The notes under the pieces are model-generated. The model was not told where the DNA came from. It made no database searches and saw only the letters and a program-made list of their open reading frames with translations. A stretch of DNA of 64,000 nt, from the NCBI GenBank assembly GCA_039177505.1, contig JBCDFR010000011.1, positions 4,536-68,535 of the forward strand. The letters run 5' to 3'. The position numbers were made by a program, and so were the translations under genes. Source of the DNA: Actinomycetota bacterium (GTDB lineage: Bacteria; Actinomycetota; Acidimicrobiia; Acidimicrobiales; Ilumatobacteraceae). Below, one piece after another: positions 16,995-25,771 of this stretch. Each line of letters starts with the position of its first letter. Position 1 is the first letter of the stretch.

Positions 16995-18161
16995 GTGCTC
17001 GCCTCCCCCTCGGTCAATCGTCATCGCTTGCGGACAGCGTTCGCCGTCGCCGTCGCGGCTGCGTTGGTGGCCCAATGCGGGGGCGGTCCCTCGTCCGACG
17101 ATGCATCCTCGACCGCGTCCACCGCCGGAACGACGAGTCCAACGACCGAGCCGGCGCCGACCACCATCTCGACGGGTACGACGAGTAACGCGACGGGCGC
17201 GACCGGCGCCGACGAGTCGGCGGCGAGCACCGCCTCATCCACCACCGATGCGCCGGTGTCGACAGCGTCACCTGCGCCGATCGTTGTCGACACCGAATTC
17301 GGCTCCTTCGAGGTACCCGGCGCCCCGGAACGCATCGTCGTCGTCGACCCGATCATCGCCCTCCCGACAGCACTCGACCTCGGCGTTCCGATCGTTGGCA
17401 CATCGTTCGCCGCCGACGGCACATCGGCGAACGAGCTCGTCGGACCCGACGAGCTCACCGACATGGTCGAGGTCGCGGTGTTCGGCTCGACATCCGGACT
17501 CGAGTCGATCGCTGCAGCCGATCCAGATCTGATCATCGCCTCGCCTGGCTCCGTCGAGGAGTTCGAGTTGACGCAGCAGATCGCACCGAGCGTCCCGTTC
17601 GTCGTCAGCGGCGAGTGGCGTGACGATGCACGCCTCGTCGCCGAGGCACTGGGCGCACCCGACGAACTCGACGCACAGATCGCCGCGTACGACGATCGTG
17701 CGACCGAATTGGCGGCGCGGATCGACGACGAGTTGGGCGATCCCAGCGTGGCGGTCGTCCGCGTGCGGCCAGATGCCATCCGTGTCCACACCAACTTGCA
17801 CTTCGCCGGCAATGTGATCGAAGACGCAGGCCTGCGGATCCCCGATCGCTGGACGTTCGAACGGTCGGACGATCCGTTGGAGAACGTCAACAACCGATTC
17901 GTCACCATCAGTCCGGAACTCCTCGGTGACTTGACCGACGCCGACTACATCATCGTGATGCCACACGGGCGAGCGACCGACACCGCCGACGCAGTACAAG
18001 AAGCGTTCGACCAAGTGGCGACCAACCCGCTGTGGCAGACCCTCCCCGCCGTGCAGGACAACAATGTGTTCGTCGCTGACCGCTATTGGTTGGCGGGCTC
18101 ACGCCGTGCCGCTGAGGCCGCTCTCGACGACCTCGACGAGTTCTTGTTCGGCGGTTCCTGA
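16995..18161 (+). CDS. Periplasmic-binding-protein (type 8, iron-siderophore/cobalamin class) lipoprotein
   Basis: GTG 16995. Lipobox AAALVAQCGGG, then a Ser/Thr/Ala-rich linker. Family-like blocks: ERIVVVDPIIALPTALDLGVPIVG and IAAADPDLIIASPG. Confidence 0.7.
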   Translation: MLASPSVNRHRLRTAFAVAVAAALVAQCGGGPSSDDASSTASTAGTTSPTTEPAPTTISTGTTSNATGATGADESAASTASSTTDAPVSTASPAPIVVDTEFGSFEVPGAPERIVVVDPIIALPTALDLGVPIVGTSFAADGTSANELVGPDELTDMVEVAVFGSTSGLESIAAADPDLIIASPGSVEEFELTQQIAPSVPFVVSGEWRDDARLVAEALGAPDELDAQIAAYDDRATELAARIDDELGDPSVAVVRVRPDAIRVHTNLHFAGNVIEDAGLRIPDRWTFERSDDPLENVNNRFVTISPELLGDLTDADYIIVMPHGRATDTADAVQEAFDQVATNPLWQTLPAVQDNNVFVADRYWLAGSRRAAEAALDDLDEFLFGGS

Positions 18162-18164
18162 GGC

Positions 18165-18902
18165 TCAGAGTCGACCGATGCGACCAAGCACCGGGAACCG
18201 CACATCGATCGCCGCGTCGCCGACGAGCGACCGCAGGTCGTCGGCAAACGATTCGAACTCGACGCGCCTGCCACGCCGCGTCAGTTCTTTGACTCCCGAC
18301 CAGGTCATCGCGTAGCCGAGGAAGTCAGCCGCGGTCCACGATCGCTCGATCCACATTCCAGGCATTTCGATCTCGGCGAACGGAAAGTCGATCTGGCGGT
18401 AGCCCTGCTCCACATGGGCGCGCTCGGGCGGCCAACAACCCTTGAGCACGCGCCAATAGAGATCGTCGATCAACTCGCCGGGAGCGCCGGAGGCCTCGAT
18501 GACGCCGTAGGTCACGAGAGCGACAACACCGCTCGACACGGCCACGCGTCGCGCCGCATCGAAGAACACCGGAAGGTCGAACCAATGGGCGGCCTGGCCA
18601 GCTGCGACCAACGCGAACGACGATTCGGCTTCAAGTGGTTCTTCAGCCGGTTCGACGCGATAGGTCACCCGGGGGTGATCCGTGGCATTGCCGATCTGGT
18701 CTGCGCTCGCATCGGTGGCCACGACCTCGCCGAACTGCCCGGCAAGCAAGACCGACAGCTGTCCGGTGCCACAACCCACATCGAGCGCTCGATCGGTGTT
18801 GGGCACGATCGAGGCCAGCCAGTCGACAAGCGCAGGCGGGTAGGTCGGGCGATACCGCGCGTAGTCGTCGCCTCCCGCCTCGAAGTGCCGTCGCTGCGTC
18901 AT
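18165..18902 (-). CDS. Class I SAM-dependent methyltransferase
   Basis: ATG 18902 gives MTQRRHFEAGGDDYARYRPTYP. Motif I is ALDVGCGTGQLSVLLA, followed by VVATDASADQI. Confidence 0.8.
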   Translation of the reverse strand: MTQRRHFEAGGDDYARYRPTYPPALVDWLASIVPNTDRALDVGCGTGQLSVLLAGQFGEVVATDASADQIGNATDHPRVTYRVEPAEEPLEAESSFALVAAGQAAHWFDLPVFFDAARRVAVSSGVVALVTYGVIEASGAPGELIDDLYWRVLKGCWPPERAHVEQGYRQIDFPFAEIEMPGMWIERSWTAADFLGYAMTWSGVKELTRRGRRVEFESFADDLRSLVGDAAIDVRFPVLGRIGRL

Positions 18903-18945
18903 TGCTGACTCTGCACGTTGCTGGCCATCGTGCGATCGTACGGGC

Positions 18946-20397
18946 GTGGCCGACTCACGTCCGAACGTCCTGATGTTCATGACCGACCAGCTGCGCTACG
19001 ACGCGCTCGCGTGCAGCGGCTCGCCGGTGGCGCACACTCCACACTTCGACGCGGTCGCCTCGCGCGGCGTTCGATTCACCGGCGCGTTCAGCCAGCACTC
19101 GGTGTGCGGCCCGAGTCGGGTCTCGATGCTCACGGGTTGGTATCCGCACGTAGCAGGTCATCGCACGCTCACCAATCTGGTGAAACCGCACGAGCCGAAC
19201 CTGCTGGCCCTGCTGCGCGACGCCGGGTACCACGTGGCATGGGCCGGCGAACGCGGCGACATGTTCGCCCCCGGCGTGGCCGATGCCTCGACCGACCGGC
19301 GCGGCTTCGAGGTCAGGCCCACGGTGATGATGGAGCCGAGCCCCTTCGGACCGGACGATCCTTGGTTCAACGCGCACTATCACGGTCGGCGCGCCGGTGG
19401 ACCCGACGGCCCGACCCTTGACTTCGACGAAGCGACCGTCCGGACGGCGATCGAGTGGATCACCGACGGCTTGCCCGAACCGTGGTGTCTGTTGATCGCG
19501 TTGGTCTTTCCCCACCCGCCGTTCGTCGCCGAAGAGCCGTGGTTCTCGATGCACGACCGCACGGCGGTGCCGGCTCCCGCGCCGTGGGTTGCCGACAGCA
19601 AGCCGCGGTTCATGCAGGCGTTGCGCGAGCGTTACGGAACCGGCGAGTTCGATCAACAACGCTGGGCCGAAATTGCGGCGACGTACCACGGCATGGTCAG
19701 TCGAGCCGACGATCAACTCGGCCGCGTGCTGGCAGCGATCGACCAGGCGGGACAGAGCGAACGCACGATGACCTGGTGCTTCACCGATCACGGCGAGTAT
19801 CTCGGCGACCACGGCCTGGTCGAGAAGTGGCCATCGGGGCAACACGACGTGCTGCTGCGCAACCCACTGCTCGTCGCGGGGCCCGGAGTCGTCGAAGGTG
19901 GCAGGTGCAATGCACTCGTCGAGATGGTCGATCTGCTCCCGACGCTGCTCGACGTCGCCGGTGGCGAGGCCGGCCACACCCACTTCGGACGGTCGCTCGT
20001 CGGCGTGCTGGCAGATCCGTCGAGCGATCACCGAACGCATGCCTTCGCGGAAGGCGGATTCGTTCTCGCTGAACGACACCTGCTCGAGCAGGCGCGAGGC
20101 GCGTACGCACCCAAGGCAATCCAGCAGCACGACGACCCGGCGTCGGTCGGCAAGGCGATGTCTGTGCGCACGCACACACACAGCTACGTGCATCGACTGT
20201 ACGAAGGCCCCGAGTTGTACGACCTCGTCGACGACCCCTACGAGACGGTCAACCTCGCCGGGCGAGTAGCGGTCGCCGACGTCGAAGCGGCACTGCGCGC
20301 CGAGCTGATGGAATGGATGTTGGCGACCACCGACGTGATCCCGTGGGAGAAGGACCCGCGCTTCGAGCCGACCATGCTCGAACTGTTCGCCCGCTGA
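18946..20397 (+). CDS. Sulfatase (Cys-type, formylglycine-dependent arylsulfatase family)
   Basis: NVLMFMTDQLRYD; the C-x-P-x-R signature is in SVCGPSRVSMLTG; also FTDHGEYLGDHG. GTG start at 18946. Confidence 0.85.
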   Translation: MADSRPNVLMFMTDQLRYDALACSGSPVAHTPHFDAVASRGVRFTGAFSQHSVCGPSRVSMLTGWYPHVAGHRTLTNLVKPHEPNLLALLRDAGYHVAWAGERGDMFAPGVADASTDRRGFEVRPTVMMEPSPFGPDDPWFNAHYHGRRAGGPDGPTLDFDEATVRTAIEWITDGLPEPWCLLIALVFPHPPFVAEEPWFSMHDRTAVPAPAPWVADSKPRFMQALRERYGTGEFDQQRWAEIAATYHGMVSRADDQLGRVLAAIDQAGQSERTMTWCFTDHGEYLGDHGLVEKWPSGQHDVLLRNPLLVAGPGVVEGGRCNALVEMVDLLPTLLDVAGGEAGHTHFGRSLVGVLADPSSDHRTHAFAEGGFVLAERHLLEQARGAYAPKAIQQHDDPASVGKAMSVRTHTHSYVHRLYEGPELYDLVDDPYETVNLAGRVAVADVEAALRAELMEWMLATTDVIPWEKDPRFEPTMLELFAR

Positions 20398-20398
20398 C

Positions 20399-20516
20399 CC
20401 ACCGGTGAGCGAGACGGCCGCCTGTGGGCCACTTCACTCATCGCAACCGTGACGCTCAAGCCACCGGTGAGCGAGACGGCCCCCTGTGGGCCACTTCGCT
20501 CACCGCACGGTCACGT
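20399..20516. repeat. Tandem pair of ~56-nt imperfect repeats (period 62 nt), each a long compound hairpin; possible factor-independent terminator or REP-like element
   Basis: Copy 1 is 20399-20454 and copy 2 is 20461-20516. In copy 2, GGTGAGCGA (20466-74) pairs with TCGCTCACC (20496-504), with an inner stem GGCCC/GGGCC (20478-82 / 20488-92). It starts 2 nt after the sulfatase stop and has no U-tract. Confidence 0.7.
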
Positions 20517-20532
20517 CGGTACGGTGCGCGGC

Positions 20533-21510
20533 ATGCAGGTGGTGGTGTGTCGTGAATTCGGACCGCTCGATGATCTGGTCATCGACGACCAGGTGGTCCC
20601 GGAGTGTGGCGACGGACAGGTACGGATCGCCGTGGGCGCGGCCGGGGTGAACTTCGTCGACGGGCTGCTCGCCCAGGGCCAGTACCAACTGAAACCACCC
20701 GTGCCCTACACGCCCGGCAGCGAAATCGCAGGCACGGTCAGCGCCGTCGGCGCGGGCGTCGAGGGATTCGCGATCGGCCAGCGGGTGTTCGCCAGCACCG
20801 GTCTCACCGGGGGGTTCGCGGCTGAGGTCGTCGTGTCTGCCCTGGCCGTCCACCACACGCCGAACGCGATGACCGATGGCCAGGCGGCGTCGTTCACCCA
20901 GAGCTACATGACGGCGCGTTTCGCGCTCGACCGCCGAGCAGGTGCGCACGCTGGCCAGCAACTGCTCGTGCTCGGCGCGGGCGGTGGGATCGGACTGGCC
21001 GCAGTCGACGTTGGTAGGTCGATGGGGTTGCGGGTGATCGCCGCTGCCTCCACCGACGAAAAGCGCCAGCGCGCCACCGACCTCGGTGCCGCAGCGGTGG
21101 TCGACAGTCGCGACGCCGATCTGAAGAACGCGGTTCGCGCCGCCTCCGACGGCGGTGTCGACCTGGCGTACGACCCCGTCGGTGGCGCCGCGAGCGAGCA
21201 GGCGCTGCGCGCCCTGACCGACGACGGACAGCTCCTGATCCTCGGATTTGCCGCCGGCGAGATCCCGCGCCTCCCGGCGAACCAGATCCTGCTGCGCAAC
21301 CGTCGCGTCACCGGCGTCGACTGGGGCGGCTGGACCGTGACCAACCCACTCGACAACCGGGCGCTGCTCGAGGACGTCATCAGCCAGATCGCCAATGGTG
21401 AGCTGCACCCCACCGAGCCGACCGCCCGGCCGCTCACCGAGGCTGCCGCGGCGCTGCGCGATCAGGTCGACGGCCGAGTCGCCGGTAAGACCGTGCTCGT
21501 GCCCGGCTGA
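20533..21510 (+). CDS. NADPH:quinone oxidoreductase / zeta-crystallin-like MDR-family oxidoreductase
   Basis: ATG 20533 gives MQVVVCREFG. Also AAGVNFVDGLLAQGQYQ, PYTPGSEIAGTV, and the NAD(P) loop LVLGAGGGIGLAAV. Confidence 0.85.
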   Translation: MQVVVCREFGPLDDLVIDDQVVPECGDGQVRIAVGAAGVNFVDGLLAQGQYQLKPPVPYTPGSEIAGTVSAVGAGVEGFAIGQRVFASTGLTGGFAAEVVVSALAVHHTPNAMTDGQAASFTQSYMTARFALDRRAGAHAGQQLLVLGAGGGIGLAAVDVGRSMGLRVIAAASTDEKRQRATDLGAAAVVDSRDADLKNAVRAASDGGVDLAYDPVGGAASEQALRALTDDGQLLILGFAAGEIPRLPANQILLRNRRVTGVDWGGWTVTNPLDNRALLEDVISQIANGELHPTEPTARPLTEAAAALRDQVDGRVAGKTVLVPG

Positions 21511-21535
21511 CGCCGCGATCGGGTGAGCCGCTCGT

Positions 21536-22237
21536 TCAGCGCAGCGAGAACGGCGGGTACTCGTCGGTGATCAGCAAGAACCCGTACGCGTGGACGCGCA
21601 GTGCCCAGCGGCCGTAGCCGACGAGGAAGTCGAACGCACCGCGCGACATCCGGCCGGTGAAAACGATCGCGAACCAACTGAAGATCACCACGAAGAACCC
21701 AGCGATCGTCAGGAAGAGCAACACGATGTAGTGCGGAATCAGGAAGAGCCACTTGACCAGTGGCATCCACCGGCTGATGTCGCGTTCGGCGTCCGGATAG
21801 TCGAGTTCGAGGTGGACATCTTGAGCATCGACCGTCGATGGGTACTTGTCGGTGAGCAACACCAGATACGCGCCGACGCGGAAGGCGAAGCGGCTCAGCT
21901 CGAGCAGGAAGTCGAACCACCATCTGGGATAGCGCTGGCGAAACAGCAGCATCAACAACGTGGCGGCGAACAGGGCAACGCCGACTCCCGCCGACGAGGT
22001 GTACACCCAGTTGCCACTATTGGTCTGCACCCACTGTCCGGTACTGCCGGCCAACAGATTCAAAATGATAGCGATCGGGATGATCAAGATGATGCGGAAC
22101 GCAACGGTGACCCGATCTCGTTCGTCGGTGTAGTCGACCTCGACGCGGGCGGCGTACGGCGCTCCGCCGGCGATCGGTGCGGACGGAGGCGGTGAACCTC
22201 CCGGCGGTGGCAGGTCGGTCCCAGACGTTTCACTCAT
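21536..22237 (-). CDS. DUF4389-type membrane protein (two tandem copies of the domain)
   Basis: Pro-rich N-terminus. Repeated blocks are R.TVAFRIILIIPIAIIL ... RYPRWWFDFLLELSRFAFRVGAYLVLLTDKYPS and RWMPLVKWLFLIPHYIVL ... RWALRVHAYGFLLITDEYPPF. Confidence 0.7.
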   Translation of the reverse strand: MSETSGTDLPPPGGSPPPSAPIAGGAPYAARVEVDYTDERDRVTVAFRIILIIPIAIILNLLAGSTGQWVQTNSGNWVYTSSAGVGVALFAATLLMLLFRQRYPRWWFDFLLELSRFAFRVGAYLVLLTDKYPSTVDAQDVHLELDYPDAERDISRWMPLVKWLFLIPHYIVLLFLTIAGFFVVIFSWFAIVFTGRMSRGAFDFLVGYGRWALRVHAYGFLLITDEYPPFSLR

Positions 22238-22316
22238 GATCCCCTCCCGAGTGTCAATCCGACGCTACGTCAACCGCGCGCCGATGGCGCGGAGGCTTCG
22301 CAGACGGTGCGCCGTG

Positions 22317-23126
22317 TCACCCCGGTGCGAGCAACGCCGGGAGCGCGCCGAGTCCGTCGATGACGATCTCGGGCATACTCCCGGCAGCACGGGCCGCCGC
22401 TTCGACCTCGGCGCGGTACTTGCCCGTCCTCACGAGCACGCCATGCAGTCCGGCGCGCTGCGCACCGAGGACGTCATTGTCGATGTCGTCGCCGACCATC
22501 GCGACTCGCCCGGCCGGACATCCCAGCTCGGTGACCCCCGATCCGAAGAACTCCGGCGATGGTTTGCCGAGCACCACCGGCGAGATACCCGAAGCGTCTT
22601 CGAGCGCACGCACATAGGCCCCAGTGTCGAGTTCGAGTCCGCCACCGGTGCGCCAATACAGGTTGCGGTGCATCGCCACGAATGCTGCACCATCGAGGAG
22701 CAATCCGAACGCCCGGTTGAGTTGGGCGTGGGTGAAGTTGAGTCCCGCACCACCGATCACGACCACATCGGCCGGGCCATCGGTGATCCACTCGATACCG
22801 GTCAAATCGGCCGACAAGTCGCCGCTGTTGAGTAGAAAGCAGCGCGCACCGGGATACTCCCGACGGAGGTAGGTCGCCGTCGCCGCAGGCGCCGTCAGAA
22901 TCTCGGGGGCGGCGACTTCGAACCCTGCCTGTCGCAGGAGCACAGCGACATCGGCGCGGGTGCGTGTGGTCGTGTTGGTCGCGAACCGCAGCGGCATATC
23001 GCGACGGCGCAGTTCAGCCAGCGCATCGACAGCTCCCTCGATCGGTTGCCACGACACGGTGAGCACGCCGTCGATGTCGAGGAGGAGACCATCGATGTCC
23101 AGCGTTGCTCCGTCTTCGACGGTCAT
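22317..23126 (-). CDS. HAD-superfamily subfamily IIA hydrolase (NagD-like phosphatase)
   Basis: LLLDIDGVL (DxDG motif I), FATNTTTRTR, VLGKPSPEFF, MVGDDIDNDV. Confidence 0.8.
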   Translation of the reverse strand: MTVEDGATLDIDGLLLDIDGVLTVSWQPIEGAVDALAELRRRDMPLRFATNTTTRTRADVAVLLRQAGFEVAAPEILTAPAATATYLRREYPGARCFLLNSGDLSADLTGIEWITDGPADVVVIGGAGLNFTHAQLNRAFGLLLDGAAFVAMHRNLYWRTGGGLELDTGAYVRALEDASGISPVVLGKPSPEFFGSGVTELGCPAGRVAMVGDDIDNDVLGAQRAGLHGVLVRTGKYRAEVEAAARAAGSMPEIVIDGLGALPALLAPG

Positions 23127-23185
23127 GGCCAGATCGTCGCGCTACCGATCGCGTCGCGCCAGTAGTTGTTGCGCTGACGCTCGAA

Positions 23186-23509
23186 TCAGCTGTCGCGATC
23201 TTCGGCCGGCGCGAGGTCGTCGCGTGAGAGGTGTACCGATTCGGTCGTCCGGTGGGTGGCCCGGAACAACAGGTGCGTGCCGGCCGGCAACGTGAGCACG
23301 AGTGCAACCGCGGCAACCGCAAGCAGTGCGGCGCCGGCCCAGCCCAGTTCGATTCCCGCCCCGATAGCCACCAACAAGAAAGCGATCGGGCTGGCTTTCC
23401 CAGCCGAGTGGAATCGGGCGTACGGCGACTCGAATCGCAGCAGCCCGATGCCCGCCAAGAGCAGGAGCGACGCTCCGAGCAAGATGAGGACGGCCGAAAC
23501 GACGTTCAC
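23186..23509 (-). CDS. mrpG: Na+/H+ antiporter subunit G
   Basis: GTG 23509 gives VNVVSAVLILLGASLLLLAGIGLLRF...HSAGKAS. Last gene of the overlapping operon; it overlaps mrpF by 4 nt. Confidence 0.8.
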   Translation of the reverse strand: MNVVSAVLILLGASLLLLAGIGLLRFESPYARFHSAGKASPIAFLLVAIGAGIELGWAGAALLAVAAVALVLTLPAGTHLLFRATHRTTESVHLSRDDLAPAEDRDS

Positions 23510-23772
23510 GAGCGGCCCCCCGCTTCGTTGCGTTCGACGAACCGGCTCAGCACGACCGTGGCGGTGAACGCGACGATCGCAATCACGGCAAGGATGCCGA
23601 GATACGTCTGATCGCCCGTCGCAGCGGCCCGCGTAGCCACCGCACACATCAGCGCGACGAGCAGCACGTCGAGCGAGATCACCCGATCGACAAGGGCAGG
23701 TCCGCGGACGAGCCGCACGAGAGCAAACACCGCCGCCAGCATGAACACCGCAATGGCAATCGACCCGATCAC
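23506..23772 (-). CDS. mrpF: Na+/H+ antiporter subunit F
   Basis: GTG 23772 gives VIGSIAIAVFMLAAVFALVRLVRGPALVDRVISLDVL. Three TM segments; 4-nt overlaps on both sides. Confidence 0.8.
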   Translation of the reverse strand: MIGSIAIAVFMLAAVFALVRLVRGPALVDRVISLDVLLVALMCAVATRAAATGDQTYLGILAVIAIVAFTATVVLSRFVERNEAGGRS

Positions 23773-24293
23773 TTCGCTCCCTCGCTGGTCGAGATCGCAC
23801 CTGGCCCATCGATCGGCAGCGCACGGCATGCCAACTCGGCGAGCTGACCGACGTGTTCGGTGATCGACGGAATCTGCTCTGCGTGCAACACGTGCAGATA
23901 CAGCGTCCCGGTGTCGGGCTCGGCATCGACCACCGCCGTACCCGGCGTGACGGTGATGGCCACCACGAGCATCAGCAGGTGTGACTTGGCATCGACCGGC
24001 GCATCGACTGCGATGATCGCCTCGTCGGTGTAGTCGGTCGGAGTGAGGATCTCACGGGCCACACTTACCGTCGAGCGCACGAGGTCGACAGCGACGAGCC
24101 AGAGGAACGTCAGCAACGGCCACAACCGAATCCCCCCGGAACCCGGCGGCGGCGGTGAGAACGAGACTGCGACGAGAGCCACGATCAATCCGGACGCGAT
24201 GTTGGCGACGCTGATCGTGCGCCACAACGCACACCACACGGCGACGAGTGCGATCACGGTGACTGCCCGTCGAGGGGTAACGACAAAGTTCAC
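23769..24293 (-). CDS. mrpE: Na+/H+ antiporter subunit E
   Basis: The size, two N-terminal TM segments and operon position fit MnhE. GTG start at 24293 overlaps the mrpD stop. Confidence 0.75.
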   Translation of the reverse strand: MNFVVTPRRAVTVIALVAVWCALWRTISVANIASGLIVALVAVSFSPPPPGSGGIRLWPLLTFLWLVAVDLVRSTVSVAREILTPTDYTDEAIIAVDAPVDAKSHLLMLVVAITVTPGTAVVDAEPDTGTLYLHVLHAEQIPSITEHVGQLAELACRALPIDGPGAISTSEGAK

Positions 24294-25771
24294 TCGGCGA
24301 GCACCTCCTCGATATAGGGAGTGCGGTCGAGCAACTCGTTGGCCACCCGCTCACTCATGTCCCACAGCGGGCCGGCGACGACCGCGATGGTCAATGTGCC
24401 GAGCACGGCGATCGAGGTCGCCGATGTCATGAACCGCTTTGAGGTGCGACTCGACGCAGGCAATGCCGGAGCGGTGGGAGCGCCCCAGAACACACCGAGC
24501 CAGATCTTGGTCATCGACATGAGCGTGAGCACGCTGCCGACGAGGGACACCACCACGATGGCGATCGCTCCCTTGTCGATTCCGGCGTCGACCAACGCCA
24601 ACTTGGCGACGAAGCCGGAGAATGGCGGCAGACCGGCGAGGCTGAGCGCGGGGAGCGCGAACAACGCAGCGATCACGGGTTTCGACGTGGCCAGGCCGCC
24701 CACCTTGCTGAGCGTCGAGGTGCCTTGGTCGTCTTCGATCAGTCCACCCGAGAGGAACATCACTGTCTTGACCGGGATCTGATGGATCAGGAACAACACC
24801 GCACCCGCGACACCGGCGACCGTGAACAAACCGAGCCCCATGATCATGTATCCGATCTGGCTCACGACGTGGAACGACAAGATGCGCTTGACGTCGTCTT
24901 GGGCCAGCGCGCCGAGCACCCCGACGATCATCGTCAGACCGGCGACGACGAGGAGCAGCGGCCCGAGGTCGTTCATCTCGGTGATCGTGAAGAATCTGAT
25001 GATCACGTACACACCGATCTTGGTGAGTAGACCGGCGAACACCGCTGTGATCGATGTGGGTGCGGTGGGATAACTGTCGGGGAGCCACGAGAACAGCGGG
25101 AAGATCGCCGCCTTCGTGCCGAACACGACGAGGAACCACAGTCCGATACCGAGTTGCACTCCACTCGACAGTTGCGGGATGCGCTCGGCGAGCAACGCCA
25201 TGTTGACCGTCCCCGTGGCCGAGTACACGATGGCTACGCCGAACAGGAACAATGCCGACGCAAACAGGTTGATCACCACGTAGGTCATGCCCGACCGGAT
25301 CTGGGCTGCTCTGCCCTGGTGGGTCAACAAGACGTAGCTCGACACGAGGATCAGCTCGAACGCGACGAACAGCGTGAACAGATCGCCAGTGAGAACCGCC
25401 AGGCACACGCCACCGGTCAATACGAGGAGAATCGGACTGACCACCGCGGGATTGGCGCCGGCGGGGGTGCGGCGCTGGCCGATCGCGAACAACTCGACCA
25501 CGGTGATCGTGGCGACGGCGATGAATAAGATCAAGGCGGCGAAGAGGTCGGCCACCAGCACAATGCCCAGTTCGGGCGACCACCCCCCGACGCGCAAGAC
25601 CACCGTGCCGTCGCGTTCCACGGCGACGAGGAGCACAAACGAGAGCGCGGTGACGGCGAGCAGCGTGGCGATCGTGATCCCGTCGCGGAGCCGAGGAATC
25701 GTTCCGGTGGCCAACGCCAGCGCGGCCGCCAGCAATGGCAGTACGACGACGAGGGCAATAATCGCCGTCAT
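24290..25771 (-). CDS. mrpD: Na+/H+ antiporter subunit D (NuoN/NuoM-like proton-pumping subunit)
   Basis: ATG 25771 gives MTAIIALVVVLPLL. About 14 TM segments with NADH-quinone oxidoreductase chain-like blocks (FSWLPDSYPTAPTSITAVFAGLLTKIGVY). Confidence 0.9.
   Translation of the reverse strand: MTAIIALVVVLPLLAAALALATGTIPRLRDGITIATLLAVTALSFVLLVAVERDGTVVLRVGGWSPELGIVLVADLFAALILFIAVATITVVELFAIGQRRTPAGANPAVVSPILLVLTGGVCLAVLTGDLFTLFVAFELILVSSYVLLTHQGRAAQIRSGMTYVVINLFASALFLFGVAIVYSATGTVNMALLAERIPQLSSGVQLGIGLWFLVVFGTKAAIFPLFSWLPDSYPTAPTSITAVFAGLLTKIGVYVIIRFFTITEMNDLGPLLLVVAGLTMIVGVLGALAQDDVKRILSFHVVSQIGYMIMGLGLFTVAGVAGAVLFLIHQIPVKTVMFLSGGLIEDDQGTSTLSKVGGLATSKPVIAALFALPALSLAGLPPFSGFVAKLALVDAGIDKGAIAIVVVSLVGSVLTLMSMTKIWLGVFWGAPTAPALPASSRTSKRFMTSATSIAVLGTLTIAVVAGPLWDMSERVANELLDRTPYIEEVLAE

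Noticed and set aside
18955-20193. 412-aa minus-strand ORF
   Set aside because: It is antisense to the sulfatase gene (C-x-P-x-R signature on the + strand). The product is Arg-rich.
20399-20516. Possible mini-CRISPR
   Set aside because: There are only two directly adjacent copies, no unique spacers of CRISPR size and no cas genes in the window.
20449-20532. Upstream start (20449) for the quinone oxidoreductase ORF
   Set aside because: The extension is encoded by the second copy of the intergenic hairpin repeat. The family-typical N-terminus MQVVVCREFG begins at ATG 20533.
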